Shown here in pieces: positions 16,982 through 27,336 of a stretch of 61,517 nt of DNA (position 1 is the stretch's first letter; each line of letters begins with the position of its first letter). This stretch comes from a virus (taxonomy: Duplodnaviria > Caudoviricetes), in IMG/VR virus record IMGVR_UViG_3300030389_004959, positions 1 through 61,517 of that record; one strand, 5' to 3'. The notes below the pieces were generated by a model. That model was not told where the DNA came from and did no database searches. It worked only from the letters and a program-made list of their open reading frames with translations. Both the position numbers and the translations under genes were made by a program.

Positions 16982-16991
16982 GGAGCCCATA

Positions 16992-17609
16992 ATGCCCATC
17001 GAACCAACCACTGGAATGCAACTGCCTGAAAAGGGTGAACCCGGCTTTGAGGAAGCAAAAGCTCAGTTTCCAGAAGTCTACGCCCAAGATCAAGGAATGG
17101 CGGGTCGAGAGCCTCCCGAGATGGCAGGCGATGAAGGCCCTCAAGACATGGGTATGGCGCAAGAGGTTCCTTCTGCACCCATGCCTGAAAAGCCCTACTC
17201 GGTGAACGCGGTCAAGACACTGCTCAAAGAGTTGAACAAGGCGCTCGACAAACTTTCAGGACAAAACATTCCTGACTTGGAAGTCGAGATGGAAACCAAA
17301 GGCGCCAAGCTTGAGGGTCCTCTGCCCGATGAAATCTTTTTGACCCTCGTGGCTATTTCCGAAAGTCTTCGTATGCTGGGAGAAGATTTCGTTGATAAGT
17401 TTGGATTTGATCCCGAGTCGTTGGTTACTGATGCAGATCTGCGTAAAGTAACAGCAACCTTGAAGAAAATGTCCAAAGACAAGAAGCTTGTTGAAGCCAT
17501 GCAAGCTCCCGTTGGTGGAGGCGAAGCGCCTGCAGCAGCACCCCAGCAGCCTTCTGCTCCCGGCTTTTTTGATGAAGATGAGCAGGAACTTGCTGCAAAC
17601 ATGGCTTAA
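16992..17609 (+). CDS. Acidic hypothetical protein in the head module
   Basis: AAGGAG RBS; lies between portal and scaffold. Confidence 0.75.
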   Translation: MPIEPTTGMQLPEKGEPGFEEAKAQFPEVYAQDQGMAGREPPEMAGDEGPQDMGMAQEVPSAPMPEKPYSVNAVKTLLKELNKALDKLSGQNIPDLEVEMETKGAKLEGPLPDEIFLTLVAISESLRMLGEDFVDKFGFDPESLVTDADLRKVTATLKKMSKDKKLVEAMQAPVGGGEAPAAAPQQPSAPGFFDEDEQELAANMA

Positions 17610-17666
17610 AGTTGTTTGATTATTATTTTGATGATAAACTTTTTCGGAATGTGATGGAGATATCGC

Positions 17667-18629
17667 GTGGATGAATTGAATAATACAGAGACGGTCGAGG
17701 CTGCCGAACAGCCTTACACTGGTGATCTTTCGGATGCGGTCACAGACGATGCGATGGATGCCGCACCGTCGGGTGAACAGTTTGAGCAAGATCAAAGCTT
17801 TGAGCCAGAGCCTGAGCCAGAGCCTGCTGTCGTTGAGCATGCAAGCTTCAACGCACTTGATGCTGAGCTCGGCGAAATCGAGGAGTTCAAGCATGACGGG
17901 TTCTACGAAAAGATTGAACAAGATCACATCAAGGACCTTCCTCCGACTGCTCGGCGCATTCTGCACAACTTCCGTATTGATCGAAAGTTGCGTCAAGACC
18001 AGCACGTTCAAGAGATGGAGCAACTCAAGACGGCCATCGAAGAACGAGAAAACAATCTTGCCAATTTGGAACGAGAGTTTTCCCAGCGCCAAGCAGAGTT
18101 TGCGAACCTGATTGAAGATCCAGAAGTTCAAAAACTCTTGAACGAGACGAATGAGGAACTCCCAGACATCTTCACCGAAGAAGGTGTCGAGGCTCGCATT
18201 CAGCGTGGAATCGCGAAAGGTATGTCGGCAATTTTAGAGCCGATGAAAAACGCAGCCGACGTTCAAGCTCGTGAAAACAACTATCTAGAATTCGTCCACA
18301 ACCATCCCGAGATGAAAGACCCCGGCTTCAAGAAAGAAGTCGCAGGCCTTGTTCGTTCGCGGGCTGAGGACGGAATCCCTCTGGCGACACAAGACGCGTA
18401 TCAAATCGTCAAAGCACGTCGTGTGATGGCTCAGCAACAAGCTCGAGCTGCACAAGAACAACGTGCTCGCCAAATGTCTGCACGGCGTATTGGTCGTGCT
18501 GTTTCGGGTGGGAACCCTTCTTCTGGGGAGATTCCTCCCGAGGTCAAAAAGAAGGGTGCCTACGCCATTTCTCAATGGTTGGCAGCTAATCCTGAAGCAG
18601 CCCGAAAAATCTCCCAATCACTCCGTTAA
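17667..18629 (+). CDS. Capsid scaffolding protein
   Basis: Acidic disordered N-terminus, central coiled coil, immediately upstream of the MCP. Confidence 0.75.
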   Translation: MDELNNTETVEAAEQPYTGDLSDAVTDDAMDAAPSGEQFEQDQSFEPEPEPEPAVVEHASFNALDAELGEIEEFKHDGFYEKIEQDHIKDLPPTARRILHNFRIDRKLRQDQHVQEMEQLKTAIEERENNLANLEREFSQRQAEFANLIEDPEVQKLLNETNEELPDIFTEEGVEARIQRGIAKGMSAILEPMKNAADVQARENNYLEFVHNHPEMKDPGFKKEVAGLVRSRAEDGIPLATQDAYQIVKARRVMAQQQARAAQEQRARQMSARRIGRAVSGGNPSSGEIPPEVKKKGAYAISQWLAANPEAARKISQSLR

Positions 18630-18659
18630 CCCTTCCCCTATTTGGAGCATTAGAAAAAA

Positions 18660-19706
18660 ATGGCAGCTACACAACTTACCATCGGTAACGAGCTTCTCTC
18701 GACGACGATGCACATCGTTATGAAGGAGTGGCGCGACAACATTTATACCAGCACTGCGTTCCTCGAAGCACAAACTCGAGTTCACGGTGAAGGTGCGCCC
18801 ACTAAGGCCGGAGGAACTCGTATTGTTCAGCCTCTCGGATTCGGTGAGCACAGCAAGACCACTCGTCTTCAGACTGGTTACGAGCGCATCGACTTGAGCG
18901 TCTCGGACGTATTCCAGCCTGCTGTGTACGACATGGGTCACGTCATCCGCCCCATCGCGATCAGCAGCGAAGAGGAAATGACCAACCAAGGCGATGCAGC
19001 AATCCTTTCCATCCTTGAGAACCGCGTGACCTCGGTCGCAAGTGCTCTCAAGCGGGACTACGTCAAGCACATGGTGCAAGGTGGAGTTTCTCAGTGGGAT
19101 GACTGGAACACCCTGAACGGAATCGACGAAACCGACGGTTTCCTTGAGAACGCTGCAGCAGGAAGTGGTTCTCAAGCCGCTTCGGTCGGTGGTGTCAGCA
19201 AGTCGACCTTTTCGAACAAGACTGGTTGGAACAACCAATTCTTCGACGGCTCGGACTCGTTCAACTCCAACGGTCTCGCTGGACTGTACGACTTGATGGT
19301 TGAAATTGACGCTGTGAGTGCCCAAGGCAAGCCCAACGTCATCCTTGCATCTCGTGCAGGGTTCAAGAACCTGAAGCGTTCGCTGCAGGCTTCTGAGCGT
19401 TACATGGATGAGCGGAGCCTTGACGGCGGTAAGATGAGCACTGTCTTCCAAGGTGTGCCCATCGATGTCGAGTACTACATGCCAAACGCTGGTACCAACT
19501 CGGCTACCAACGAGGCATCGTTCTACTTCTTGAACATGAACGACATCTACACTTGCTGGGATGCCAAGGGCTACTTCGACCTCAGCGACTTCGAAACCGT
19601 TTCTGGTGAGTACGATGTCCGTGCCGCCAAGCTTCGGTGCCGTGGTCAGTTGATGGCCAAGCACCTTGGTTCTTCCGGTCTCGCAGTTAACTTGGACACG
19701 TTCTAA
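18660..19706 (+). CDS. Major capsid protein (HK97 fold)
   Basis: 348 aa; LLSTTM...RDNI, GGTRIVQPL, GYERID, IAISSEEE..NQGDAAILSILE, FQGVPI, FYFLN; strong codon bias. Confidence 0.9.
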   Translation: MAATQLTIGNELLSTTMHIVMKEWRDNIYTSTAFLEAQTRVHGEGAPTKAGGTRIVQPLGFGEHSKTTRLQTGYERIDLSVSDVFQPAVYDMGHVIRPIAISSEEEMTNQGDAAILSILENRVTSVASALKRDYVKHMVQGGVSQWDDWNTLNGIDETDGFLENAAAGSGSQAASVGGVSKSTFSNKTGWNNQFFDGSDSFNSNGLAGLYDLMVEIDAVSAQGKPNVILASRAGFKNLKRSLQASERYMDERSLDGGKMSTVFQGVPIDVEYYMPNAGTNSATNEASFYFLNMNDIYTCWDAKGYFDLSDFETVSGEYDVRAAKLRCRGQLMAKHLGSSGLAVNLDTF

Positions 19707-19716
19707 GATACGACTT

Positions 19717-19743
19717 GGGTGAGGGTCATGTCGGCCCTCACCC
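19717..19743 (+). terminator. Hairpin after the MCP (terminator or mRNA-stabilising)
   Basis: GGGTGAGGG / CCCTCACCC stem; no U-tract. Confidence 0.55.
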
Positions 19744-19780
19744 TACTCCATAGCCATTTAGTCAAAAGAGGGAGGACAAC

Positions 19781-20290
19781 ATGGCAATTCATAAGATCGA
19801 TGGTGTTGATGCCGTAGACGGCGGATCACAGATTAGTTCATTTCCAAAGAAGTTTGTAACGCTTCATTGTAATGGTGCAGTAACCAAGGGCGACTGGGTT
19901 CGTATTGATCTCGACAGTGCAGACGCATCTAAAAACGGTCTTGGAGCTACAGTTGAGCAAGCACCTGCTGCTACTGCTGCTGGAGATCCTTTGGTCTTTG
20001 GTGTTGCCACTGAGACACTTACTGCATCGGGTGATTTGAAGATTCAAACTGCAGGTCTTTTTGGTGACAACACTGCAGGCGGTGGAGCAGCCGTAGTGGG
20101 TTCTGCTGTCACTGCTGGCGGTAAAACGTTGGTAGTGGATGATACGGGTGCTGCTGGACAGGCAGATGTCTACGCATCTGGCACACACACTACTACATTC
20201 CCATGCGGAGTCTCGATTACCGCTGGCGGCGCTGGTGATTACGGAACCAACGAAGCAACCGTCATGATCATCGATCAAGGCTACTTCTAA
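19781..20290 (+). CDS. Probable capsid decoration/cement protein
   Basis: Gly/Ala/Thr-rich 169 aa after the MCP; AVTKGDWV, VFGVATE, KIQTAG pattern; GGAGG RBS. Confidence 0.65.
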   Translation: MAIHKIDGVDAVDGGSQISSFPKKFVTLHCNGAVTKGDWVRIDLDSADASKNGLGATVEQAPAATAAGDPLVFGVATETLTASGDLKIQTAGLFGDNTAGGGAAVVGSAVTAGGKTLVVDDTGAAGQADVYASGTHTTTFPCGVSITAGGAGDYGTNEATVMIIDQGYF

Positions 20291-20323
20291 GCCATATTCG
20301 ATAGCGGGCTCCAAGCCCATTTT

Positions 20324-20364
20324 CGGCTGCTGGGGTATAATGCACCAGCAGCCGTTTTCTTTTT
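20324..20364 (+). terminator. Rho-independent terminator
   Basis: CGGCTGCTGG / CCAGCAGCCG 10-bp stem followed by TTTTCTTTTT. Confidence 0.85.
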
Positions 20365-20377
20365 GTAGGGGTATGTC

Positions 20378-22177
20378 GTGAATCTGAAAGAGCTCACCGA
20401 AGAAGTCAACTCTGCTCTCGATTACAACCCTGACTTGGAAGCGTACAAGAGCCAAGTCGCACGGGTCATCAATCGTCACTATCTGCAGTGCTCCAGTCAG
20501 TACAACTGGTTGTTTCGACAAAAACGCGTGCCCCTCACGCTCCGAGCTGACATCGTAGGAGACGCAACGACCAATAAGATTTCGGTCGGCAATCCCATTG
20601 ACAGCTTTGATGCAAGCAATGTGATCCACTTTGAGGGAACGGCCGATACGCTCCCCACCTACGAGATGCTTGGCAATCCTCTGATTATTCAAGACAACGA
20701 TACCTTTACCAGCAAGACCAGCATTTCTCATGGCGCCAGTGAGCGTGAGTTTACAATCACAGGCATTTTTGACGTAGACAGTCTGAGCGGCACCTCGAGA
20801 GACTATGGTGCGTCAGGTCGATACGGTGGGACGGGTTCTCCAGAATGGCCTGATGGTTATCAACCGGGTGATTTTTCCGGTGTTGTGCTGGATCGTCCGA
20901 TCATCGATCCAAGTACGGATGATGATTCAACCCTTACGACCAAGGACTTCTATACGGATTGGAAGATTGAGTTCCGTCAGTACTATCTGCCATCCGATTG
21001 TGTGGAAGTCTTGGGTATTGTTGACCGTGGCCTCAAGACTCCGGTTCATACTCAGTCTACTGACGCGAGCGGCACGATGTCGATTACTACCTCAGTAAAT
21101 ACGGCTCCAGACCGTGGACGGTTGATCTTCATCGACTCCTCGAAAGAGGAACATCTGTATTTAGACCGCGATTCCACGGGAGATCCTGTGATTGGAATCG
21201 AAGGGATGCCCCGGTCGTTGACCCCCCCAATGGTTCCTCCGATTATCACCGCAATAAATAGCAGTGAAGCTTCCGTAGATCCAAGTTTGAAACTCGCAAA
21301 GCTCATTGCAGGCGACACATACGAATACTGTTACACGTTTGTCTACGCTGGAATGGAGTCTCCACCATCACCCGTTAGCAAGATCACCCTGCCCAAAGAG
21401 GGTCGTTTCTACGCTTGTGATATTCAAAGCGAATCCGTCGAAGGTGATTTTCGTCGTGATGGAACATATGGTCGAACAGAGTCAAAAACCGATGCTCGAG
21501 GTAGTTTCCCCAGCAGTGGGGACATCAAACGTCGCATGAATGGTCGCGTAAAGCGATTCTATCGACGAAAAGTCATGGAACCCGGTGACACTACCTCGCC
21601 TGCCTTCCAAGGCTATCAAAGGTGGTTGCATATCGGAGATCATTTCACTGATGGTTCAGTGCTTGATATCGGGGCAAAGCAACCAATTTTTGGCCCTGCT
21701 GGTTCACCGGACCTTACATTTCCAGATGAGTTCACTGTGGGAAGGCCGGTTTTGGGTTGGCCCCAAGCCGAGTTTCTAAAAAATGGATTCTGGACGTATC
21801 ACGACGGAGAGTTGTCCAAGTTGAAAGTTTTGGACGAATCTGGACCTCGCCAAACGATTCGAGTGTATCGACCACCCAGCCAAGACATGGACGTTGAAAT
21901 CAGATACTTATCTCGACCAAGGCGTCTGGTGGCTGATTCTGATACACCCGAATGGCCAGTTCAGTATCATCATCTTCTGGTCTACATGGCTCTTGCTGAC
22001 ATCTGTCTGCAACATGGCATGAGCACACAGTCTCAGCTCTACGAACGTAAGTCCGAGGAGTTGCTCGATCGGATGAAGCAAAAGTATTTGTCCCGAACAA
22101 ACCGCAAGTACATTCGTCGAGGATTCGATAGAATCGTGTTCGCAGGCGAGCGGTTCGGGGTTCCGACGAAGGTATAG
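20378..22177 (+). CDS. Head-tail adaptor (tail tubular A-like) with large internal insertions
   Basis: N-terminal MNLKELTEEV...INRHY...WLF and C-terminal IRVYRPP...IRY...LVADSDTPEWPVQYHHLLVYMALAD adaptor signatures. Confidence 0.7.
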   Translation: MNLKELTEEVNSALDYNPDLEAYKSQVARVINRHYLQCSSQYNWLFRQKRVPLTLRADIVGDATTNKISVGNPIDSFDASNVIHFEGTADTLPTYEMLGNPLIIQDNDTFTSKTSISHGASEREFTITGIFDVDSLSGTSRDYGASGRYGGTGSPEWPDGYQPGDFSGVVLDRPIIDPSTDDDSTLTTKDFYTDWKIEFRQYYLPSDCVEVLGIVDRGLKTPVHTQSTDASGTMSITTSVNTAPDRGRLIFIDSSKEEHLYLDRDSTGDPVIGIEGMPRSLTPPMVPPIITAINSSEASVDPSLKLAKLIAGDTYEYCYTFVYAGMESPPSPVSKITLPKEGRFYACDIQSESVEGDFRRDGTYGRTESKTDARGSFPSSGDIKRRMNGRVKRFYRRKVMEPGDTTSPAFQGYQRWLHIGDHFTDGSVLDIGAKQPIFGPAGSPDLTFPDEFTVGRPVLGWPQAEFLKNGFWTYHDGELSKLKVLDESGPRQTIRVYRPPSQDMDVEIRYLSRPRRLVADSDTPEWPVQYHHLLVYMALADICLQHGMSTQSQLYERKSEELLDRMKQKYLSRTNRKYIRRGFDRIVFAGERFGVPTKV

Positions 22178-22179
22178 CG

Positions 22180-24708
22180 ATGATCACAACGACTCTACAA
22201 ACGTTCTCGTTGCGAGGGATGGACGAGCGATGGATTGTCAATCCTCAAGACGCTCTGTTGATCACCGACATGACCCATACGCAGAACGATTCGTGGAGGA
22301 CCTCTGGTGGTTTCGATCACGTATGGGAACCTGAGTTGATCACCATTGAGTTAGATTCACAACGACCAGACCAAAACACACCAGACTACGAGCCGGGTGA
22401 AACAGTTAAGATTCCAGAGGTCTACTCTACGATAAATTCTATTCATTGGTTTGCTCAGCACAACGGTGCTCGACAATGGTTGATTTTTGAAGAACAAAAT
22501 TACATTTACGATCCATCTAGCGGCTCAGCGATACCAGATAAATCAGTCACATTGAAGGCTTTTGACGGATCGAAGTTCAAACCAAACGCTACTACATTCA
22601 CGTCACTCCGATCTCCCGTTGAAGTACTCAAACAATACCGCACTCAAAACACGGATTTCTCCACTGAATACGGAAGTCCATCGCAAATCCTCGACGTTGA
22701 TTCTCGAGTTGAAACTCAGTTGTCGATTCGAACTCAATCTCAATCCTACGGTGGTCGACTTTACTTAGTGAACGGGACCGATGAGGCTTTGGTTTTTGAT
22801 GGCGACATCTGCGAAAGGGCTGGATTTGTTTCAAGACCTGCTCCGCCTACGACTATTGCTAGTCAGTTTGAGGCGTCGACGACGTTTGTTTTTGCCGTTG
22901 GCGATTCAACTGCAAAGAACAAATTCATTGAAGGTGAGGATCAGGTAGCCTACCAAACTCACGTCAAAAACGACATCATGAACTATGAAATGGAACGTGC
23001 AGGACCGACCAGTCGAGGGTTCTACAGCCTGCACGAAAACTTTCCGTATTGGGGATTAGCATCCATAAGCGATGCAGAAATCGGAGCAGGAAGGTATCGA
23101 TTCAGATTCAAAGCAAGTTCAACAACGGCGCCTTACAACCCATCGTTCAACAACAATGTTCACATGAGGTTCAACTACTATGCGGCTGAGCAGCAAGACA
23201 CCAGAAAGTGTGGGTATCAATACAAGGTCACTTTTGTAAACGATAGAGGTCAGGAGTCTGAACCGTCACATGCGAGTGGTATTTGTGAGGTAGAGAACGG
23301 CCGTGGTGGTAAACGCAGAGCTCGTCATGGAAAATCTTTGGTTGCGGTCAGCATTCCTGTAGGACCAAAAGAATGCGTAGCTCGACGCATCTATCGGACC
23401 CGTAACTTGTTCGATTCGAATGGAGATTTGTTCACCAAGGGTGATCAACAAACATTTTATTTCCTCAAAGAAATCAGCGACAATCAGTCGAAAGTCTTCG
23501 TAGATGGCCACCCGGACACGTCTCTTGGTGAATTGTTAGCGTTGAGAAATTTGGGGAACTTTCCCCCACGATCTAAGTTTTTGGCCGTATTCAAAAACAC
23601 GATGTTTGCTGCCGGTCAGGAGCAAAACGAGGTTCGATTTTCTGCCCCTCTGGCGCCAGAAAGCTTTCCCGAGGACAACGTGATTATCGTTGGAGATGAT
23701 GATGGCGGTCCGATTATGGGAATGAGGGCCACTAAGAACGCTCTGGTGGTATTCAAAGCTCGAGGCATGTACTTGGTCAAGGGTGACCCAGTAAACGGTT
23801 TTGCCGCGCAGACACTCAACAAAGACGTCGGTTGCATGGCACCAGATTCCATCAAAGAGTTACCGGGCTTGGGCCTTGTGTTTCTCAGTGAAAAATCGAT
23901 TTACTTGCTCGAAGGTGCTTTGGAAAACACAGGCAGCATTACCGGAGTGGTCAACATCGGCACAGAGATTCCGAATCAACTGGAGAGAATCAACACCGCT
24001 GCAGCCATCAGAGCATCATCAGCAGTGTTCCAGAAGGATAAAGAGTATTGGTTGTCGATTCCGATAGACGGTTCTTCTGTGAACAACCTCTGTTTGATAT
24101 ATCACTATGAAATCGGTTCATTCAGCATTCGGGAGAACTTCCCGATTGACTGCATGACTGTTTCGAAAGACCATCGCGGCTACTTATTTTTCGGCAGTAA
24201 CAACTCTACAGATACTGATTTGGCAGGAGTAAACGTTTACTCAAGAGGGTTCTTCACTAAAGGCAGCAGAAGGATTCGTGTCGAACCCCGCTACGAAACG
24301 GTTTCCAACGATTATCAAAGCGTGTTTACAAACTTCCGTCCAGCTCATGTCATGCCTTATTGTGTTGGTTTTGGAGACAATTCGTTGGAGGTCAACTATC
24401 GAGTAAATCGATCGATTGAGGAGGTTCGAGCGGTTTCTCAATCTTCAGATCAACAAGACCCAAACGAAGGTTACCCCGTATACGGATCAGCTAGATATGG
24501 TGTCGACAAATGGATTGCATATCGGCCGATTGTTTTGAGATACGACATCTCGACATCCCATAAAGGTCCGGTTCGTGAGCTTTCCGTTTCATTCGCTTCG
24601 AGGGATGGCAACAAAATAGAAATAATCGGCTACGATTTGGAAGCGAAGACCGGCGAACAAAGAAACATCAAGCCACTCAATAAGGCTTTGCGCTCGAGCA
24701 GGAGATAA
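22180..24708 (+). CDS. Tail nozzle (tail tubular B / stabilisation protein-like beta-propeller)
   Basis: 842 aa; RLYLVNG, YKVTFVN..GQESEPS, VRFS....PESFP, LVVFK, VGCMAPDSI, EYWLSIP. Confidence 0.75.
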   Translation: MITTTLQTFSLRGMDERWIVNPQDALLITDMTHTQNDSWRTSGGFDHVWEPELITIELDSQRPDQNTPDYEPGETVKIPEVYSTINSIHWFAQHNGARQWLIFEEQNYIYDPSSGSAIPDKSVTLKAFDGSKFKPNATTFTSLRSPVEVLKQYRTQNTDFSTEYGSPSQILDVDSRVETQLSIRTQSQSYGGRLYLVNGTDEALVFDGDICERAGFVSRPAPPTTIASQFEASTTFVFAVGDSTAKNKFIEGEDQVAYQTHVKNDIMNYEMERAGPTSRGFYSLHENFPYWGLASISDAEIGAGRYRFRFKASSTTAPYNPSFNNNVHMRFNYYAAEQQDTRKCGYQYKVTFVNDRGQESEPSHASGICEVENGRGGKRRARHGKSLVAVSIPVGPKECVARRIYRTRNLFDSNGDLFTKGDQQTFYFLKEISDNQSKVFVDGHPDTSLGELLALRNLGNFPPRSKFLAVFKNTMFAAGQEQNEVRFSAPLAPESFPEDNVIIVGDDDGGPIMGMRATKNALVVFKARGMYLVKGDPVNGFAAQTLNKDVGCMAPDSIKELPGLGLVFLSEKSIYLLEGALENTGSITGVVNIGTEIPNQLERINTAAAIRASSAVFQKDKEYWLSIPIDGSSVNNLCLIYHYEIGSFSIRENFPIDCMTVSKDHRGYLFFGSNNSTDTDLAGVNVYSRGFFTKGSRRIRVEPRYETVSNDYQSVFTNFRPAHVMPYCVGFGDNSLEVNYRVNRSIEEVRAVSQSSDQQDPNEGYPVYGSARYGVDKWIAYRPIVLRYDISTSHKGPVRELSVSFASRDGNKIEIIGYDLEAKTGEQRNIKPLNKALRSSRR

Positions 24709-24709
24709 G

Positions 24710-25555
24710 ATGGCTTGGAAATTTAGACAGGAACACGTCAAAGATGGAGACGTTATTGAGCCATCGGAGTTTCGAATCAACACGAATGAGTTTGTATCGG
24801 AAATCAACGGTTTCCTCGACTCTGACAACATTGGCAGAGAAGCGATCAACGGTGAACTGGTAGAACGTGGTGCATTCGTTGAAGTGATTGGCCAAGAAAC
24901 AAGTTGTGGATTTTCCTATCTGTTCAATCATCAACTCGGACACTGGCAAAACACAGCATTTCAGATACGGAACAGGGACTTTTCATCTACAGAAAGCATG
25001 GCAATCGATCCTCATTTGGACGGAACGGTCTTAAGTGATCTTCCCAGTGAAAGAGAAAGGCTTCCTCGTAGCAGATTCAATGCTTCCCATGATGGTTTGG
25101 CTATCTGCGAGTTTTCGGGTTTTTGTCAGTGGTCGATACATCACGTCCATCCAGAGTTTGACACTGATGTTGAACCGTCGACAAGTGCACTATCGGAACA
25201 CCCGCATTACTCTTATTATGGAAAACAAAGCAAATACTTCAAACTCAAGTCTTCTTTTGTTTTGTGTAGCATGTGGCGGCTTACTGTGAATGGCATGTCA
25301 GTTGCAGAGACTGGACCGTTGGGCAACGAGTATGAAGCTCATCCCATATACCTTTGTGGAGTATCCCCGGTTCTGAAAGGCAAAGATGTCGATGTTCAGC
25401 TGGAGGGTAGATTCATCTGGTACGCTCCGGGAACAGGAGAGATGATTGAATGTTCTTCATGGGCTCCTCCCATCGATGGTTCGAGTGGTGATACTTGGAG
25501 ACGTGATTGTGCATTGGTTTCTTCAAATCTCATTGTCACCTTGAGGAAGCGATAA
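24710..25555 (+). CDS. Tail-associated protein
   Basis: Follows the nozzle; N-terminal anchor-like segment EINGFLDSDNI. Confidence 0.6.
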   Translation: MAWKFRQEHVKDGDVIEPSEFRINTNEFVSEINGFLDSDNIGREAINGELVERGAFVEVIGQETSCGFSYLFNHQLGHWQNTAFQIRNRDFSSTESMAIDPHLDGTVLSDLPSERERLPRSRFNASHDGLAICEFSGFCQWSIHHVHPEFDTDVEPSTSALSEHPHYSYYGKQSKYFKLKSSFVLCSMWRLTVNGMSVAETGPLGNEYEAHPIYLCGVSPVLKGKDVDVQLEGRFIWYAPGTGEMIECSSWAPPIDGSSGDTWRRDCALVSSNLIVTLRKR

Positions 25556-26379
25556 TGGCGAAGATTGAAAATCCAATCAGCGAGGATCTGCTCGAAGGAA
25601 ACACCCTCACGAAAAAGAGCCTCACGGACACCTATGATGGCATTGATCTCGTCGTTGTCGACGGTGAAAACATTCGAGAGGAGGGTCTTGATCGTAGAAA
25701 TTTCGACCCAGACTGTTGGTATGCAAACTCGGGCAACCGTTGTAAATTAGAGTCTGAAGAATTTTTATTGCGTAGCAACAGAACCGAACGCTGGCAACAC
25801 GTCGAGTTGCCCAACCTTGTTGGTAATTTCGATGGAGATAGACCTTCCATTGCGTTCCGTTGGGATCCTGAATTGGACTCATCTGTGATTATCAGATGTT
25901 CTTTTTTCGCTCGAATGAAAGATCATTTCACCTCTTTTCAAGATGCCATCGATTTTGGTTTGTTGATTATCCCTCCTGATAAAAACATCGCTACAGTGGA
26001 TACATTCCTAAAGGCGCCCCTGAACGGTGGAATCTGGCCATACCAAAGATTTTTTAAAAACAACGTGTTTTCAGAGTACGCAGGCGCATTCAGCAAAGGT
26101 TCAGAAGGTGAATGGAACGAGTATCAGTATGATTTTCGCGGAGGATCTTGTCAGTCTTTTATGCTTCAATCTTTAGGGACTAGCACCTATCGTACTTCTC
26201 ACAGCTTTCGGCCGGATGAAACTGGTGGTCTATCCAATCAAGCCCATTGGTTTAACACCCGTGGGACTGTGGCGGCCTACCTTGTTTTTAGGAACAAGGT
26301 GTACGATACCAGCACAGAAGCCGGACCACCCATTTACATTGATGGTCTTCATTTTGCGGCCACAAAGTACAGGCGATGA
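25555..26379 (+). CDS. Tail-associated protein
   Basis: TAATG coupling; IREEGLDRRNF. Confidence 0.6.
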   Translation: MAKIENPISEDLLEGNTLTKKSLTDTYDGIDLVVVDGENIREEGLDRRNFDPDCWYANSGNRCKLESEEFLLRSNRTERWQHVELPNLVGNFDGDRPSIAFRWDPELDSSVIIRCSFFARMKDHFTSFQDAIDFGLLIIPPDKNIATVDTFLKAPLNGGIWPYQRFFKNNVFSEYAGAFSKGSEGEWNEYQYDFRGGSCQSFMLQSLGTSTYRTSHSFRPDETGGLSNQAHWFNTRGTVAAYLVFRNKVYDTSTEAGPPIYIDGLHFAATKYRR

Positions 26380-26380
26380 C

Positions 26381-27313
26381 ATGAGTTTTGACTACAGGGA
26401 TTTGAAAATTTCGATCGAAACGTCAAATACGATCGATGCCGATCACATCAACGATGGTTCAGATAGAGTCGAAGATTTCATTAATCGTGGTATCAGTCGT
26501 TTAGAGCTGTCCGAAAAAATAGACAACCCAAAGTTGGGAATGCCTGCGAACGCCCATGAGTTCGAGGGTTGGTTGTCCGCAGACAAAATATACAAGCCTG
26601 AGTTTTATGGATCACCATCGCCTCGCATGATGGCAGTGAGCGGACAGACACATTTTCGCGAGTTGCCTGATTCTTGGAGTGACTCTGAACTTTTTCATGC
26701 AGAGCTCGTTGGTTCGAATCCCGTATCCATACCCAACACTGCCACGACCATAAAGTTGAGACAGCCCGCAGTGGTGAACATCATGTGCAGCTTTTACTGC
26801 TTTGAATGGGGTGGTGTCAATGAAGAGCGGAATCAGAGTCAGAGTGCAACTTTGCAACAAAGATTTGGATATGAGGCTCGATCTGCAGGCAACGTGTTTC
26901 TTTCGGTTTCAGGGGACATAGAGCAGTCGACTCAACGGAGAATCTTCACGTCAAACGTCGGACCTATTGGTCATACTTTCAACGTTGCTACGGACGAATT
27001 GCATGATCATATTGTGGCAAATGGATTCATGTTTCTGCCGATGATCGGACGGCATCAACACTTTATGTCCTGTCAACGGCACCTCAAAGAGGGCGTTCAC
27101 GACATTGGCTTGGTGTTCGAGCCAAACCGGCAAACGGAAAAAAATTACAGGATGCAAATCAGGTACGCAGATACCGACAATCGGTATGGTCTGCCCGAGT
27201 CAGACATTCCTCATTTTCCATACCGGAAACACATTATATTCAAAGCTAGAAATCTCATCGTAGACGCCTACTACAAAAGAACCAATGACGTCCCATCATC
27301 TTACTCCACATGA
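26381..27313 (+). CDS. Tail-associated protein
   Basis: ATG 1 nt after the previous stop; beta-rich C-terminus. Confidence 0.6.
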   Translation: MSFDYRDLKISIETSNTIDADHINDGSDRVEDFINRGISRLELSEKIDNPKLGMPANAHEFEGWLSADKIYKPEFYGSPSPRMMAVSGQTHFRELPDSWSDSELFHAELVGSNPVSIPNTATTIKLRQPAVVNIMCSFYCFEWGGVNEERNQSQSATLQQRFGYEARSAGNVFLSVSGDIEQSTQRRIFTSNVGPIGHTFNVATDELHDHIVANGFMFLPMIGRHQHFMSCQRHLKEGVHDIGLVFEPNRQTEKNYRMQIRYADTDNRYGLPESDIPHFPYRKHIIFKARNLIVDAYYKRTNDVPSSYST

Positions 27314-27336
27314 CATAATGAGAAACGAGGTCTGAC

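Noticed and set aside
18618-19664. 348-aa antisense ORF opposite the MCP
   Set aside because: Mirror ORF caused by rarity of TTA/CTA/TCA codons in a highly expressed gene
20336-20341. Perfect TATAAT in the terminator loop
   Set aside because: No convincing -35 or TG extension; it could be a promoter but the evidence is insufficient
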